A DNA stretch of 64,000 nt from a virus (taxonomy: Duplodnaviria > Caudoviricetes). The notes under the pieces were generated by a model. The model searched no databases, had not been told where the DNA came from, and saw only the letters and a list, made by a program, of their open reading frames with translations. Location: the IMG/VR virus record IMGVR_UViG_3300010355_000588, one strand, 5' to 3'. Position numbers and translations under genes: made by a program. Positions 28,387-37,936 of this stretch are shown one piece after another. How positions within the stretch are numbered: the stretch's first letter is position 1; each line of letters starts with the position of its first letter.

Positions 28387-28420
28387 ATTCTAAATATTTC
28401 CACATAGTAAAGGTATTCTA

Positions 28421-30130
28421 ATGCTTTTGACAATAGAATCAGACAAGATATCTACGCCTCTTTCTGGTCACTCCCTAAGAAAATATCTGTTTACCGAGAA
28501 CCGTGACAAACTGAGCATATGCTTTCCTTCTTCTTACCGGGTGGTTTTGAATGATAATGGCGATACCTCTAACACCATAATTACTATCGATCTTCCCAAA
28601 GGCCAATATAACTCATCTTTTGCTGAAGTCGAAGAATGGACACCCTCTGCCAATTATCGAGATCCAAATCAATCCACCTTCAGGGTCTTGGAGAAGTTCG
28701 TCTTCGAAGGTGACGACATTTCGTCTGACTTCGTCTCAGCAGATATTATCGTCGATAAGTCTGACGCCCTATGGGAAATTGTTCAGCCACTCCCGAAGGG
28801 CTTCCACTACCAACGCGACGAGAATGGCGATCTAATCTTTATCTACTACCGGGATAAGTATGGCGTCGATATGACCTATGGCGAGTTGTCTTCTAGCTTT
28901 CCAGAGCTGACTGCAGCTTCCCACAAAGACGCCTTGATAAAGAATTACGCAATAGCTGATTCATCAAAAGCTTTTCAGTTGCTCACATTATCCGGAGAGA
29001 CGACTGGATCTATCCAGGAAGATTTTGAGCGCCTCTGTTATTATAGTACATCCGGTACCGTTCAGGGTGAAGATGGACAGCATATATGGACGGTTGAAGA
29101 ACATGCGCCAGAGAATGGCGTGAGAAACTTTATTCAATATGGGAACTACATATTCAAGTTATCTCAAGAGACCTTCAAGCGAAACCAACACACTGTCAAT
29201 ACGAATACCCTTGCCCAAAGTGGCGACGAATATTTGATACCACCTTCATCTGAAAGCTTCCAGTTCGAGAACGACATTGTGACCTATTATCCAGAAAGTA
29301 GATATTCAGAATATCCAGATCTATCTGCCACGATGAGAATATCTCCGAACAATCGAATGGAGAATACTAACTTTGACTTCTTTAGACGCCAGGTGTGCTT
29401 TGGAATCTATGACGACTTCTTGGAAGAGGTCAAGGTCTTCGTCAAGAGTAGGACTGACGCCATTGACGAGAAGCATGTCTGGCCTGTATCTAGTCTAGTC
29501 TACCAATATGTGGATGGCATTCCAGGGAACTATATGATTCAATACCAGGACGACGATCCAGGTGCCACCTCTGGTAGATATCTGACTGACTATAACTTCA
29601 AACTGAAGAACTTCTATGACACCGAGTTCGACACCCCGACAGACGAACAGAGGGCTTTGGCAGCAGCTAGGAATTATCTGAACCTCGGAAACTCTCAGGG
29701 CTATATCTGGTTGTCATACAAGGTAGCCAGGGACTACGATTATGTCGGAGAGCCCCGTTCAGAATTCGATTCCCCTCGCTATTTCGGTACTTATTCTCCA
29801 GAAGACACCTATTCTTTGGATAGATCAGATTTTGTGATAGATCCAACGCAGAAATTTGAATTTGTCGAGTCAGTCAATGGATTCTACAAATATAGTGGAT
29901 TCAATAAGCATAAATCCAATATTTTCTCAATTAGAATAAATAATTATGGTATGGATTCTATTAGCGGAGACTTTACGCTCATCGATAATGATGGATCTGA
30001 AGTAGTTCGCCTCACTGAAGTAGAAGTAAAACAGAAATTGAAATCTCTCGTAGAAGACCAATTCCGTGAGATGATAGATAAGATCAAACCGGGGCATACT
30101 GAATTATGGAAGATCATCTGGAACAACTGA
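28421..30130 (+). CDS. Probable structural (baseplate wedge-like) protein
   Basis: Late promoter; C-terminal IDKIKPGHTEL resembles the KPAHT motif of baseplate wedge proteins. Confidence 0.5.
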   Translation: MLLTIESDKISTPLSGHSLRKYLFTENRDKLSICFPSSYRVVLNDNGDTSNTIITIDLPKGQYNSSFAEVEEWTPSANYRDPNQSTFRVLEKFVFEGDDISSDFVSADIIVDKSDALWEIVQPLPKGFHYQRDENGDLIFIYYRDKYGVDMTYGELSSSFPELTAASHKDALIKNYAIADSSKAFQLLTLSGETTGSIQEDFERLCYYSTSGTVQGEDGQHIWTVEEHAPENGVRNFIQYGNYIFKLSQETFKRNQHTVNTNTLAQSGDEYLIPPSSESFQFENDIVTYYPESRYSEYPDLSATMRISPNNRMENTNFDFFRRQVCFGIYDDFLEEVKVFVKSRTDAIDEKHVWPVSSLVYQYVDGIPGNYMIQYQDDDPGATSGRYLTDYNFKLKNFYDTEFDTPTDEQRALAAARNYLNLGNSQGYIWLSYKVARDYDYVGEPRSEFDSPRYFGTYSPEDTYSLDRSDFVIDPTQKFEFVESVNGFYKYSGFNKHKSNIFSIRINNYGMDSISGDFTLIDNDGSEVVRLTEVEVKQKLKSLVEDQFREMIDKIKPGHTELWKIIWNN

Positions 30131-30576
30131 CAAAAACAAACCATGGTTTATGCGATTCTCAAGGCTCCCATTATGACTGCTATAAGAAAGACGTCATTGC
30201 TTCTATGTGTTCAGAGGTTGCTTCTTTTAAGCAACTTAGGGTAGAGTGCATGAACGATCGGCGAGAACGCTTCATGAAGATCGACGAAAGACTGAACAAT
30301 CTAGAACGTGGATGGACGACAAAGGCCCGCGACGTCGATAAGAAGATTGAAGAAATCTCCAATACAGCAGCAGAATATACAAGTGAGATAAAATCGCTTA
30401 TGGAGACCAAAGAGAAGATCCAGACGCTATTCTGGAAGATTATCTTTATAGTGGTCACTTTCATCGTAACTGGATTTTGCGCCAAATACATAATCTTGTC
30501 TGATAAGCCAATCAACATTGATGCTAGACAATTCATCGAAGAGACACAATCAGTTAACTTTGGGGGAAAAAAATGA
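30106..30576 (+). CDS. Coiled-coil membrane protein, possibly holin-like
   Basis: Coiled coil followed by a single TM segment (LFWKIIFIVVTFIVTGFCAKYIIL), in a late operon. Confidence 0.45.
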   Translation: MEDHLEQLTKTNHGLCDSQGSHYDCYKKDVIASMCSEVASFKQLRVECMNDRRERFMKIDERLNNLERGWTTKARDVDKKIEEISNTAAEYTSEIKSLMETKEKIQTLFWKIIFIVVTFIVTGFCAKYIILSDKPINIDARQFIEETQSVNFGGKK

Positions 30577-31091
30577 AAACAAAATCAAAAATAGAAAGGG
30601 TCATGATTCTAGACTACGACAGAACCATTAGAAAGCAGAATTCTGATCTTTTGCTTCGTTATTGTGGAATAGAACATTCTAACATTCAAGAATTAGACAA
30701 TCCGAATATCGCATATGATCTAATTCTAAAGAATGGCTTCGACCTACTGGTGACAGAATTGGATTTCTATATCAGTGAGCATCTAAATGGAAACAATATA
30801 CTCAGGGTAGCTTATAGTTCAGGAAAGAAAGTAATAATCGCGTCGCATTATTCAGAAGCCAAAATTCTAACCATATTGAAATACGCCATCCCTAAAGAAT
30901 ATTGGCGTCATAATGTCCAATGGCTGACCAAACCTTATCTTCCATCAGATTTCGTAGCTTCTTTCAAGGAAGTTAACCATTTTGATAATCAGATTGATCC
31001 ATCAGATATCTGTAGAAAGAATCTAGAAGACATTCGAAGAATGAAGAAGAACTCGATCTTTACCAGGTTTCCGATTCTCTCTATCTTTTAG
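30573..31091 (+). CDS. CheY-like receiver domain protein with Glu at the phosphoacceptor site
   Basis: RVMILDYD, FDLLVTELD, LNG..IL, VIIAS, LTKPY. Confidence 0.65.
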   Translation: MKTKSKIERVMILDYDRTIRKQNSDLLLRYCGIEHSNIQELDNPNIAYDLILKNGFDLLVTELDFYISEHLNGNNILRVAYSSGKKVIIASHYSEAKILTILKYAIPKEYWRHNVQWLTKPYLPSDFVASFKEVNHFDNQIDPSDICRKNLEDIRRMKKNSIFTRFPILSIF

Positions 31092-31957
31092 TAACCACGA
31101 AGAGACAGACGCTTCTTCTTTTCGTCATCGGTCACCTTCTTCTTGCCATCCCCAAAGGCTTTCTCAAGATCCCGGATAGCCTTCACTAATTTGTAGCACC
31201 CTTGAGGTTCTACGCTTGCCATTTGGTCGCTACCCCATAGATTTTTGTCTAACGTGATATGTCGCTCGACGTAGGTAGCTCCCAAATATATGGAAGCTAT
31301 CGAAGTAGCTAATCCATACTCATGGCCACTATAACCAAGCGAAATTCCTTCAATTCCATCGAAAGCAAGCTGCATCGCACAGATGTAGGAAAGATTCAGA
31401 TCTCCTACTGGAGCCGGATACGACGAGTTGCAGTGGAACAGTGTAACTGGCTTGACGATGGGCATGATGGAATCTACAGCTTTGAACAGCTCATCTTCGG
31501 TGCTCATTCCATTGCTAAGCATCAGATGGTCGAAGTTCTGGTAGCAATGCTTGATTAGCTCGATATCTGTCAGCAGGGCGCTTGGAATCTTTATCCACTT
31601 TGGATTAAATCTCTTCATGAATCTGGCACTCTCCAAATCCCAAACCGAGGCGCTCCAGTCGATGTCCAGATCCTTACAGTAGTCAGCTATGATGGAATAT
31701 TCTGGAAAACCAAATTCAATATCTTCCTTATATTGGAAATATGTCGTCATGTTCTTTCTCCAAGGTACTTCCTTTGGCTTGTCCTTCTGGTGTTCTGGTA
31801 CGCAGATAGATGGCTCTCGCTTTTGGAATTTGACCGCGTCAAAGCCACTCTGCTTGGCCATATAGATCAGATCGAGCGCGTTCTTTAGAAATCCGTCCTT
31901 CCTTGGACCATGCGCGAAGTTAATTCCAATTTCTGCTATGACATATGTCTTTTTCAT
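31088..31957 (-). CDS. neuB: N-acetylneuraminate/nonulosonate synthase (NeuB-like, no SAF domain)
   Basis: IAEIGIN, DAVKFQKR, KIPSA, HCNSSYP, GYSGHE, ERHITLD, GSDQMAS. Confidence 0.92.
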   Translation of the reverse strand: MKKTYVIAEIGINFAHGPRKDGFLKNALDLIYMAKQSGFDAVKFQKREPSICVPEHQKDKPKEVPWRKNMTTYFQYKEDIEFGFPEYSIIADYCKDLDIDWSASVWDLESARFMKRFNPKWIKIPSALLTDIELIKHCYQNFDHLMLSNGMSTEDELFKAVDSIMPIVKPVTLFHCNSSYPAPVGDLNLSYICAMQLAFDGIEGISLGYSGHEYGLATSIASIYLGATYVERHITLDKNLWGSDQMASVEPQGCYKLVKAIRDLEKAFGDGKKKVTDDEKKKRLSLRGY

Positions 31958-32601
31958 ATTTCAGCATATTTCCAAATTGAAAGAGTTTTGTCCAATCCAA
32001 ACTTCTTATGACCTGCAATAACCTTGGCATCCAATCCAACATATTCTTCTATAATATGATATGGCTGATTCATTTTGAATGGAGCAAGCATGAAATTCAA
32101 TCTCCTCCATTGACCAGCATCGATATTCTTATTTTCGGTACAATTCAAATAGCTTGTGATGCCCATATATGAGGTACCTGAGGCTTTGACGTTGTCTAAT
32201 ACCTTCTGAATCGTTTCAAATGGAAGGTGCGATAGAAAATCTCGACAAATGGTAAGCGTTTTAATTCTATTCTTGTGAAGATTTCTCTCGGCAGGATTCA
32301 GATAGAAGAAACTAGTTTTCTTATTGGCCCATTTGTCATTGTTGATAGCAACTAGCTCTTCTACTATATCGAAACCTTTGTATTCTACATCTAGTTCTGC
32401 CAATACAAGTTTCATCCAATTGAAGTCCCCGCATCCTACATCGACTATTCTACGTATGCCTTCTTTCTTTATGAACTCGATCAGATGCTTTCTAAGCATT
32501 TCAGTTATAGCTACTTCTGATCCAGGTCCAGATATCGATTCTGTACTACCCCACTTGTTCGTCTTATAGATCGTTTCAAATTTTTCTTTTAGCTCATTCA
32601 T
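31954..32601 (-). CDS. Class I SAM-dependent methyltransferase
   Basis: SGPGS, VDVGCGDFNWM, ICRDFLSHL, WRRLNFMLAPF. Confidence 0.85.
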   Translation of the reverse strand: MNELKEKFETIYKTNKWGSTESISGPGSEVAITEMLRKHLIEFIKKEGIRRIVDVGCGDFNWMKLVLAELDVEYKGFDIVEELVAINNDKWANKKTSFFYLNPAERNLHKNRIKTLTICRDFLSHLPFETIQKVLDNVKASGTSYMGITSYLNCTENKNIDAGQWRRLNFMLAPFKMNQPYHIIEEYVGLDAKVIAGHKKFGLDKTLSIWKYAEI

Positions 32602-33185
32602 GATATAGTTCCTTTGTAGAAGACCCCGACATCGCCATTCTCTTCGAACAGTGTCAATCCAAGATCTGAGTTGATTTCTTCAATAGTCCAATCGTGTAGA
32701 TGCGCTTCGAACGAATTTGCCCCTATCAGTTCCTTAGGCTGATGCCAGTGAGTCTTACCAACTGGAATAGAAGCAATGATATTAGCCTTTGGCAAGTTCT
32801 TCAATATATCTACTATCTCTTTTTTCTCGAAATGTTCAATGACATCTATGAATAGAAAGCAATCGTAGTTGAGATAATTATTCCATATCTTTCTATAGTC
32901 GCCTAGAATGGCTGTTCTATAATTATCCTTTATCTGAGTGCTATCTAAGTTCGCTTGCCAGGCGTCGATTCCATCTATGTTTATAGCAGGCCAGAGTTTC
33001 TTCAGGATGCTTCCAATATATCCTTTGCCACAACCGATGTCTAGAATGGTGCTTGCTGGCATGATAGTGCTCAATAGTTTCACGATGGGCTTTAGATTTT
33101 TGTCATATCTACTTCGACCACCACCCAGCTTTCTAGAATATGCCAGCAACTCAGCTATCTCAGAATCCTTTATTTCAACCTTCAT
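32598..33185 (-). CDS. Class I SAM-dependent methyltransferase
   Basis: ILDIGCGKG, GID, DVIEHF. Confidence 0.85.
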   Translation of the reverse strand: MKVEIKDSEIAELLAYSRKLGGGRSRYDKNLKPIVKLLSTIMPASTILDIGCGKGYIGSILKKLWPAINIDGIDAWQANLDSTQIKDNYRTAILGDYRKIWNNYLNYDCFLFIDVIEHFEKKEIVDILKNLPKANIIASIPVGKTHWHQPKELIGANSFEAHLHDWTIEEINSDLGLTLFEENGDVGVFYKGTIS

Positions 33186-33918
33186 AAGTTTTTCTCCATA
33201 GATTGTTCAATTCTTCATATTCAGGTTCTTGTTTAGCATCCCATGGATTGAGACCTACGAAATGTAGAAGTCTTGGTTTTATTTTCGACCATATGTTCTT
33301 ATGGTGCGAATATATTCTCTTCAGACAGTTATATTCCATTGGCAGATATTTCATGAGATCTATTTTTTGGTTCAGATATATGTTAAGAACACCCTGGTCG
33401 CCACCGTCGTAAGACTTTCCAGAGTTAGCTATGTCGATTAGATCTTTCTTTATAGTTAGATCCAATTTGACTGAATTAGCTACGACCACCCCTGAGTTCA
33501 TTCGATAATGCTTTCCTTCGAATTTCTTAGATAATCCCATTCCATCATCCTTCGCCATCCATATTGATTGACCGTTGAGTTCTTCAGACGTCAACAACGG
33601 AAGACAGTCTAACACCAAGCAATCAGAATCGATAAAGACGACTCGGTCGTAGTCCCTCAATAGATCGAACATTTCGAACTTCATATATGCCTTGGCGAAG
33701 CGTGGATTTTTTACTGGAATCTTAGCATATTGAGAAGCATCTATTTTTCTACAAGAAGCTACCTTGCCAAATATAGAAGTTACTATATCTGAATCAGTAA
33801 AGACGATCTTATCTAAGGCAAATGTAGATGGATCATGCTTTGCCAAAGACTTGAATAAACATTCTAGTCCAGGTTTGAACTTATCATCACATAGAAATGC
33901 TAGACAGATTCTCATCAA
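33175..33918 (-). CDS. GT8 family glycosyltransferase
   Basis: YDRVVFIDSD (DxD), NSGV, GGDQGVLN, YN, HFVG.NPW. Confidence 0.9.
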   Translation of the reverse strand: MMRICLAFLCDDKFKPGLECLFKSLAKHDPSTFALDKIVFTDSDIVTSIFGKVASCRKIDASQYAKIPVKNPRFAKAYMKFEMFDLLRDYDRVVFIDSDCLVLDCLPLLTSEELNGQSIWMAKDDGMGLSKKFEGKHYRMNSGVVVANSVKLDLTIKKDLIDIANSGKSYDGGDQGVLNIYLNQKIDLMKYLPMEYNCLKRIYSHHKNIWSKIKPRLLHFVGLNPWDAKQEPEYEELNNLWRKTYEG

Positions 33919-35065
33919 TCTCCCTTTGTTCTTCTTTCTTTTGAATGTCGATATTTTCTAAAAATATATCATATGGTATATATGGAATATTGCCACACAG
34001 CGCACAATCTTTCTGTAGAGAATATAGTCTTACCTTCGATGTTCTATGGTACTGTTTTATTTGGGTTATGAAGCGCTTCAGTCTAGATCCATAATAATTT
34101 TTGTCAGCACACGGTAGACCAGACTTCGAGCTATTAGCATGCCAAAAGTGGTGAGCATTATCCCACTTCAGTCTTGCGCCATAAATGAAAATTTCACAAT
34201 CTTTTGGATATATTTTTTCCCAAAGTGCCTTGATGGCGAACTCGAGCGAGTTGCCAGATTTCGATATTGATAGTTCGTTTACTCCATAATTAGCTACAAA
34301 ATTATCATAAGCTAATCCATCCATTTTGTTGAAAAGGGAAAATTCTTTCAGATGGTTGACGTGCGAATAGATAGTTGTCTTTGAGAAATCTAGATCTTTT
34401 CTTGCATTTATTTCTTTAGCAATCTGAAAATCTACAAAGAATAACTTGTCGACAGCTGCCCTTTCATATATACGGTTGACTCCGCAGATGTCCACATTCA
34501 ACGCCCTAAGTTTTGGCAACTCGGTTTCAAAATCAAAGTCATTTATGGAAGCATCATTTCCAAATAGAATCACTTTCCTATTTCCAACAGTTGGCTCAAA
34601 TATAGAATCTTCTACAGACATTTCATCCTTTGAATTTATGGATCCAGTATCGTCCATCTCATATAGATTGAACATGAGCACGTTTCGATACATCGGAATA
34701 GCTCTTAATGAAGCTATCATGGAATCTAAATCTGATATGGCGAAATCTATTCTAGTTAGATTTTGAAGTCCGTTCAATAGAACATTAAACTCATTATGGA
34801 ACCATGGATCCATCAAGCAAACATCTTTTATCTTTTTGACTGGTATCAAAAACTGAGTATTTCTAAGAGATGGATCTAAATACCTTTTTTGTTCATATAG
34901 AAATTTAAGATATCTTGGGTCGTCGATGTATATTAGATCAGCAACTTTAAAATACTTCGAAATTCCACCATTATAGCAGATTACTTTGAAGGAGTTCTTC
35001 TTGTGTTCGTTTATCTTATATAGAGGATAGATCGAATTCGCGTCGTTTATGACTATGAATTTCAT
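33887..35065 (-). CDS. Two-domain protein with a C-terminal Maf/sialyltransferase-like domain
   Basis: KVILFGNDASI...ICGVNRIY...FFVD...GNSLEFAI...EIFIYG...HHFW. Confidence 0.55.
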   Translation of the reverse strand: MKFIVINDANSIYPLYKINEHKKNSFKVICYNGGISKYFKVADLIYIDDPRYLKFLYEQKRYLDPSLRNTQFLIPVKKIKDVCLMDPWFHNEFNVLLNGLQNLTRIDFAISDLDSMIASLRAIPMYRNVLMFNLYEMDDTGSINSKDEMSVEDSIFEPTVGNRKVILFGNDASINDFDFETELPKLRALNVDICGVNRIYERAAVDKLFFVDFQIAKEINARKDLDFSKTTIYSHVNHLKEFSLFNKMDGLAYDNFVANYGVNELSISKSGNSLEFAIKALWEKIYPKDCEIFIYGARLKWDNAHHFWHANSSKSGLPCADKNYYGSRLKRFITQIKQYHRTSKVRLYSLQKDCALCGNIPYIPYDIFLENIDIQKKEEQREIDENLSSISM

Positions 35066-35769
35066 GTCGTCTTTAGTCCTCGAAAGATAGCATTTAGCAT
35101 TTTTACGTCAGCTGGCTCGTCGATTTCGAACGACCTACTTCCAGGCATCTTCCAGTATCCGACCTTTCCACCTAGACGGCATTCGTTCTCTTCGAAGCAC
35201 TTTCTAGTAGTCAGATAAAATGCGCCATTTTCCCTTAGATATTCTGGAAAGTCTTGTCGTCTGGGCCGCTTCGTAGGTTCATAGTCAGCTGGAATTAGCT
35301 TTCCACGCTTGTCGGTAGTCCACCTGAATCCACCGCAGAGAAATCCACCCCGGTCAGCAGTTACTGTCAGCATCGAGTCATAGTCATTCTCACAGAACAT
35401 CTTGATGGCCTCATTGAAATCCTGCGTCTCGGTAAGAGGAGATGTGCATTGGACAGTAAGCAGAATATCGGTATCTGGCTTTCTACCCAAGAAATATTTC
35501 ATGACTGATTCAGTGGATGCCTTGTCGGTAGATACTTCAGGTGGTCTAGACATGCCCCTGACTTTCCAGTGAAATTCCTCAGATTTGTCCAGAATTTCAA
35601 ACGAATCTGAGCACACGTAGATTTCGTCGACATAAGCAGCTTCTACCAATGCGCCAAGCACGTGGTAGATAAGTGGCTTGCCAGCAACTTCGATTAGATT
35701 CTTTCCAGGAATGCCTTTAGAACCACCTCTAGCAGGCACCATCGCGACAATTTTCCTTTTATCGTACAT
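35062..35769 (-). CDS. neuA: CMP-nonulosonate synthetase (NeuA-like)
   Basis: PARGGSKGIPGKN, QCTSP, RPRRQD, ENGAFY, EIDEPAD. Confidence 0.92.
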   Translation of the reverse strand: MYDKRKIVAMVPARGGSKGIPGKNLIEVAGKPLIYHVLGALVEAAYVDEIYVCSDSFEILDKSEEFHWKVRGMSRPPEVSTDKASTESVMKYFLGRKPDTDILLTVQCTSPLTETQDFNEAIKMFCENDYDSMLTVTADRGGFLCGGFRWTTDKRGKLIPADYEPTKRPRRQDFPEYLRENGAFYLTTRKCFEENECRLGGKVGYWKMPGSRSFEIDEPADVKMLNAIFRGLKTT

Positions 35770-35770
35770 G

Positions 35771-36484
35771 TCATCTACTCCCGATAGGTTCGTACTTTAT
35801 TACTTCGTTCAACAACGATCTTTGGCTACAGCACGAAATGGTTATATATTTACTTATATATTTTACGAAGTCAACAATCGTAGCTGAACCGTATAATTTG
35901 GCCATCTGGGAGTGATTGTCTTTAACTGGATCGAAGTTCATGATCCGTCTAAGGTTTTCTACATGCTGAGAACCTTCTTCATCCGGATAGAAGTGCGAAT
36001 TGTCATATAGGTCTATTCCACAAAGAGCTATCTCAGACGCGCCCAGAATATGAGCGGCATTGATTACTGCAGCTAATTGGCCTCTGAATCCACATAATGG
36101 CCGTTCGAACGACTTGGCCCAGAAGTTTTCGAAGGATATTGGAGGCTCTGGAAATTGGTGAGGCCATTGCTGACCATTGAAAGCCTTTAGATGATTTGAA
36201 GCAACCGCAGTAGCATATAGATTGGGAAATGGAAGCTTGATCTGATGGTTGTCTGTCTTGCCTAAAATGACTTTAGTTCTAGACCATTTTTCTGGATTCT
36301 CTAAAATGGTCTTGCGCAGACGTTCTGGCTGATGGTCATTCTCATGAGTATAATACCAGTTTGGAGCGAATCCCTTCTTGAAGAACCAACTGAAGCCAAA
36401 TGTGTTCTGATTTTTTAGATAATTCCATTCGTTCTCGGTTATTTCGTTTATGGACGGCCCAGTACCCAACACGTACGTCTTCAC
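35771..36484 (-). CDS. Maf/GT42-like nonulosonate transferase
   Basis: YVLGTGPSI...AVINAAHILGASEIALCGIDLY..SHFY. Confidence 0.65.
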   Translation of the reverse strand: MKTYVLGTGPSINEITENEWNYLKNQNTFGFSWFFKKGFAPNWYYTHENDHQPERLRKTILENPEKWSRTKVILGKTDNHQIKLPFPNLYATAVASNHLKAFNGQQWPHQFPEPPISFENFWAKSFERPLCGFRGQLAAVINAAHILGASEIALCGIDLYDNSHFYPDEEGSQHVENLRRIMNFDPVKDNHSQMAKLYGSATIVDFVKYISKYITISCCSQRSLLNEVIKYEPIGSR

Positions 36485-36493
36485 AGTTAACTC

Positions 36494-36982
36494 CTATAGA
36501 TCGCTGAAGTGTTGCTTTTTTCCTTCTGGTATATTTTTCAAAAACTGTCTATAGAACGCGACAAACTCGGCACGTTCCATAAGCGTTTTCAAAGGTATGT
36601 AGCCTACTATCGCGTAAGTATCCAAGCTAACCATGCGATAGTCAAGGTTGAATATGTCGAAGGTGATGACTAATCCCCGAGACCGATACCATTCTGGGCC
36701 ACGCCTGGACTTTGGCCGCTGGGGGTTGAACCAGGGGTTGGAATTCGAACTGAATAGAAATGGCCAATTCGAAGTACAGAGCATTCTACGCCAATAGGAG
36801 CCATGGCCAGGCTCGCGGTTCTTCTTAAAGTATGGTGGCAATATTCTACGCCTGAATTTGACCTCGACTACGTTCAGGTGAAAGAACTGATCCAAGACAT
36901 TCCGATTCCTGAGCAAAGCAGCTTCAGGAGGAGCGTTTTCTAATAGAATAACTGGTCGTTTTAGTGGTACTGCTCCTGCCAT
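36494..36982 (-). CDS. WYL_2/DUF2693-like protein
   Basis: NVVEVKFRRR...RRMLCT...ITFDI...YRMVS; paralog of the next gene; likely start MAGAVP. Confidence 0.55.
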   Translation of the reverse strand: MAGAVPLKRPVILLENAPPEAALLRNRNVLDQFFHLNVVEVKFRRRILPPYFKKNREPGHGSYWRRMLCTSNWPFLFSSNSNPWFNPQRPKSRRGPEWYRSRGLVITFDIFNLDYRMVSLDTYAIVGYIPLKTLMERAEFVAFYRQFLKNIPEGKKQHFSDL

Positions 36983-36986
36983 ATGA

Positions 36987-37556
36987 TTATCTATCGAAGA
37001 GGGCCATCGCCTTCTTCCTCCCATTTTTTTTCAAGAATCCTTCGTAGTATTTCAGAAACTTTTCCTTGTCTTCAGAAGAACCTAACGGATATACAGCAAC
37101 CACTTCGTAGTCATCCATTGAAATCATGCGCCAATTCTGACGGATTAGATCATGGACGATGATTAGCTTCCTATCAGAATACCAACGTTTAGATCTAGGT
37201 TGGATGCCACTCGGTGGTCTGAATTTGAATTCTTTAGCATTGTCAGCCATATATTGCCAGTTGGCTGAGCAAAGCATTCGCCTGCTCGGCATTCCCTGGC
37301 CTGGCTTTCTGGTAGCGAATGGAATGGGCCATATCCTTCTAGTAAAGACCACTTCAATGACGTTTTCTGAAGACAACTTTCTTATTTCATCCTGAGAGAA
37401 CTTCTTTAGGGCGCGTTTGCTTCTAATGAACAATGGATTGGTTTTTTCGTCGTCATATTTGGCAGCCGATACATCAGCCGCTCCTACGTCGAGCTTCTTT
37501 CTAGTATCTTTGTCGAACTTAGGAAACGAAAAGTTGTTTGAGTCTTTCTTCGCCAT
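36987..37556 (-). CDS. WYL_2/DUF2693-like protein
   Basis: NVIEVVFTRR...RRMLCS...VHDLIRQNWRMIS. Confidence 0.55.
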   Translation of the reverse strand: MAKKDSNNFSFPKFDKDTRKKLDVGAADVSAAKYDDEKTNPLFIRSKRALKKFSQDEIRKLSSENVIEVVFTRRIWPIPFATRKPGQGMPSRRMLCSANWQYMADNAKEFKFRPPSGIQPRSKRWYSDRKLIIVHDLIRQNWRMISMDDYEVVAVYPLGSSEDKEKFLKYYEGFLKKNGRKKAMALFDR

Positions 37557-37845
37557 CGTAGTCGTTTAGAATGTTTCTTATCTGGTTTAAGATAACCAGC
37601 GCACTTTCAGTCTTTACCGTGATACGATATCCATTCTTATCATAGAAATGGTACTCAGCATCCTCAGGCGTCATGAAACAATGGATCGTGATGACCTTCT
37701 CGCCTTCAGATACATCGATGCCCCACTTTGGGGACGGATCAAACGACGAAACATCGACATTCTTATTTATGGTTACCCTATTCTTTAGCGAGTCTTTGAT
37801 TCGTTTGCAAAAGTAACTTTTCGTATATAGATGGTTCTTAGACAT
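37519..37845 (-). CDS. Hypothetical protein
   Basis: 108-aa ORF with RBS. Confidence 0.6.
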   Translation of the reverse strand: MSKNHLYTKSYFCKRIKDSLKNRVTINKNVDVSSFDPSPKWGIDVSEGEKVITIHCFMTPEDAEYHFYDKNGYRITVKTESALVILNQIRNILNDYDGEERLKQLFVS

Positions 37846-37870
37846 GGTCCCTTGCCTTGGTTAGTTTAAG

Positions 37871-37911
37871 AAAAAGGCGAGCACGCTAAGGAGATAGAAA
37901 ACGTGCCCGCC
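37871..37911 (-). terminator. Probable terminator after the clamp gene
   Basis: GGCGGGCACG-N16-CGTGCTCGCC-TTTTT on the minus strand. Confidence 0.6.
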
Positions 37912-37936
37912 CAAGAAAGGAAAGAAGCGATATTAT

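Noticed and set aside
36482-36496. TAG readthrough fusing the WYL-like gene to the transferase gene (in frame)
   Set aside because: The TAG is part of the downstream AGGAG RBS, a normal gene junction; being in frame is a 1-in-3 chance.
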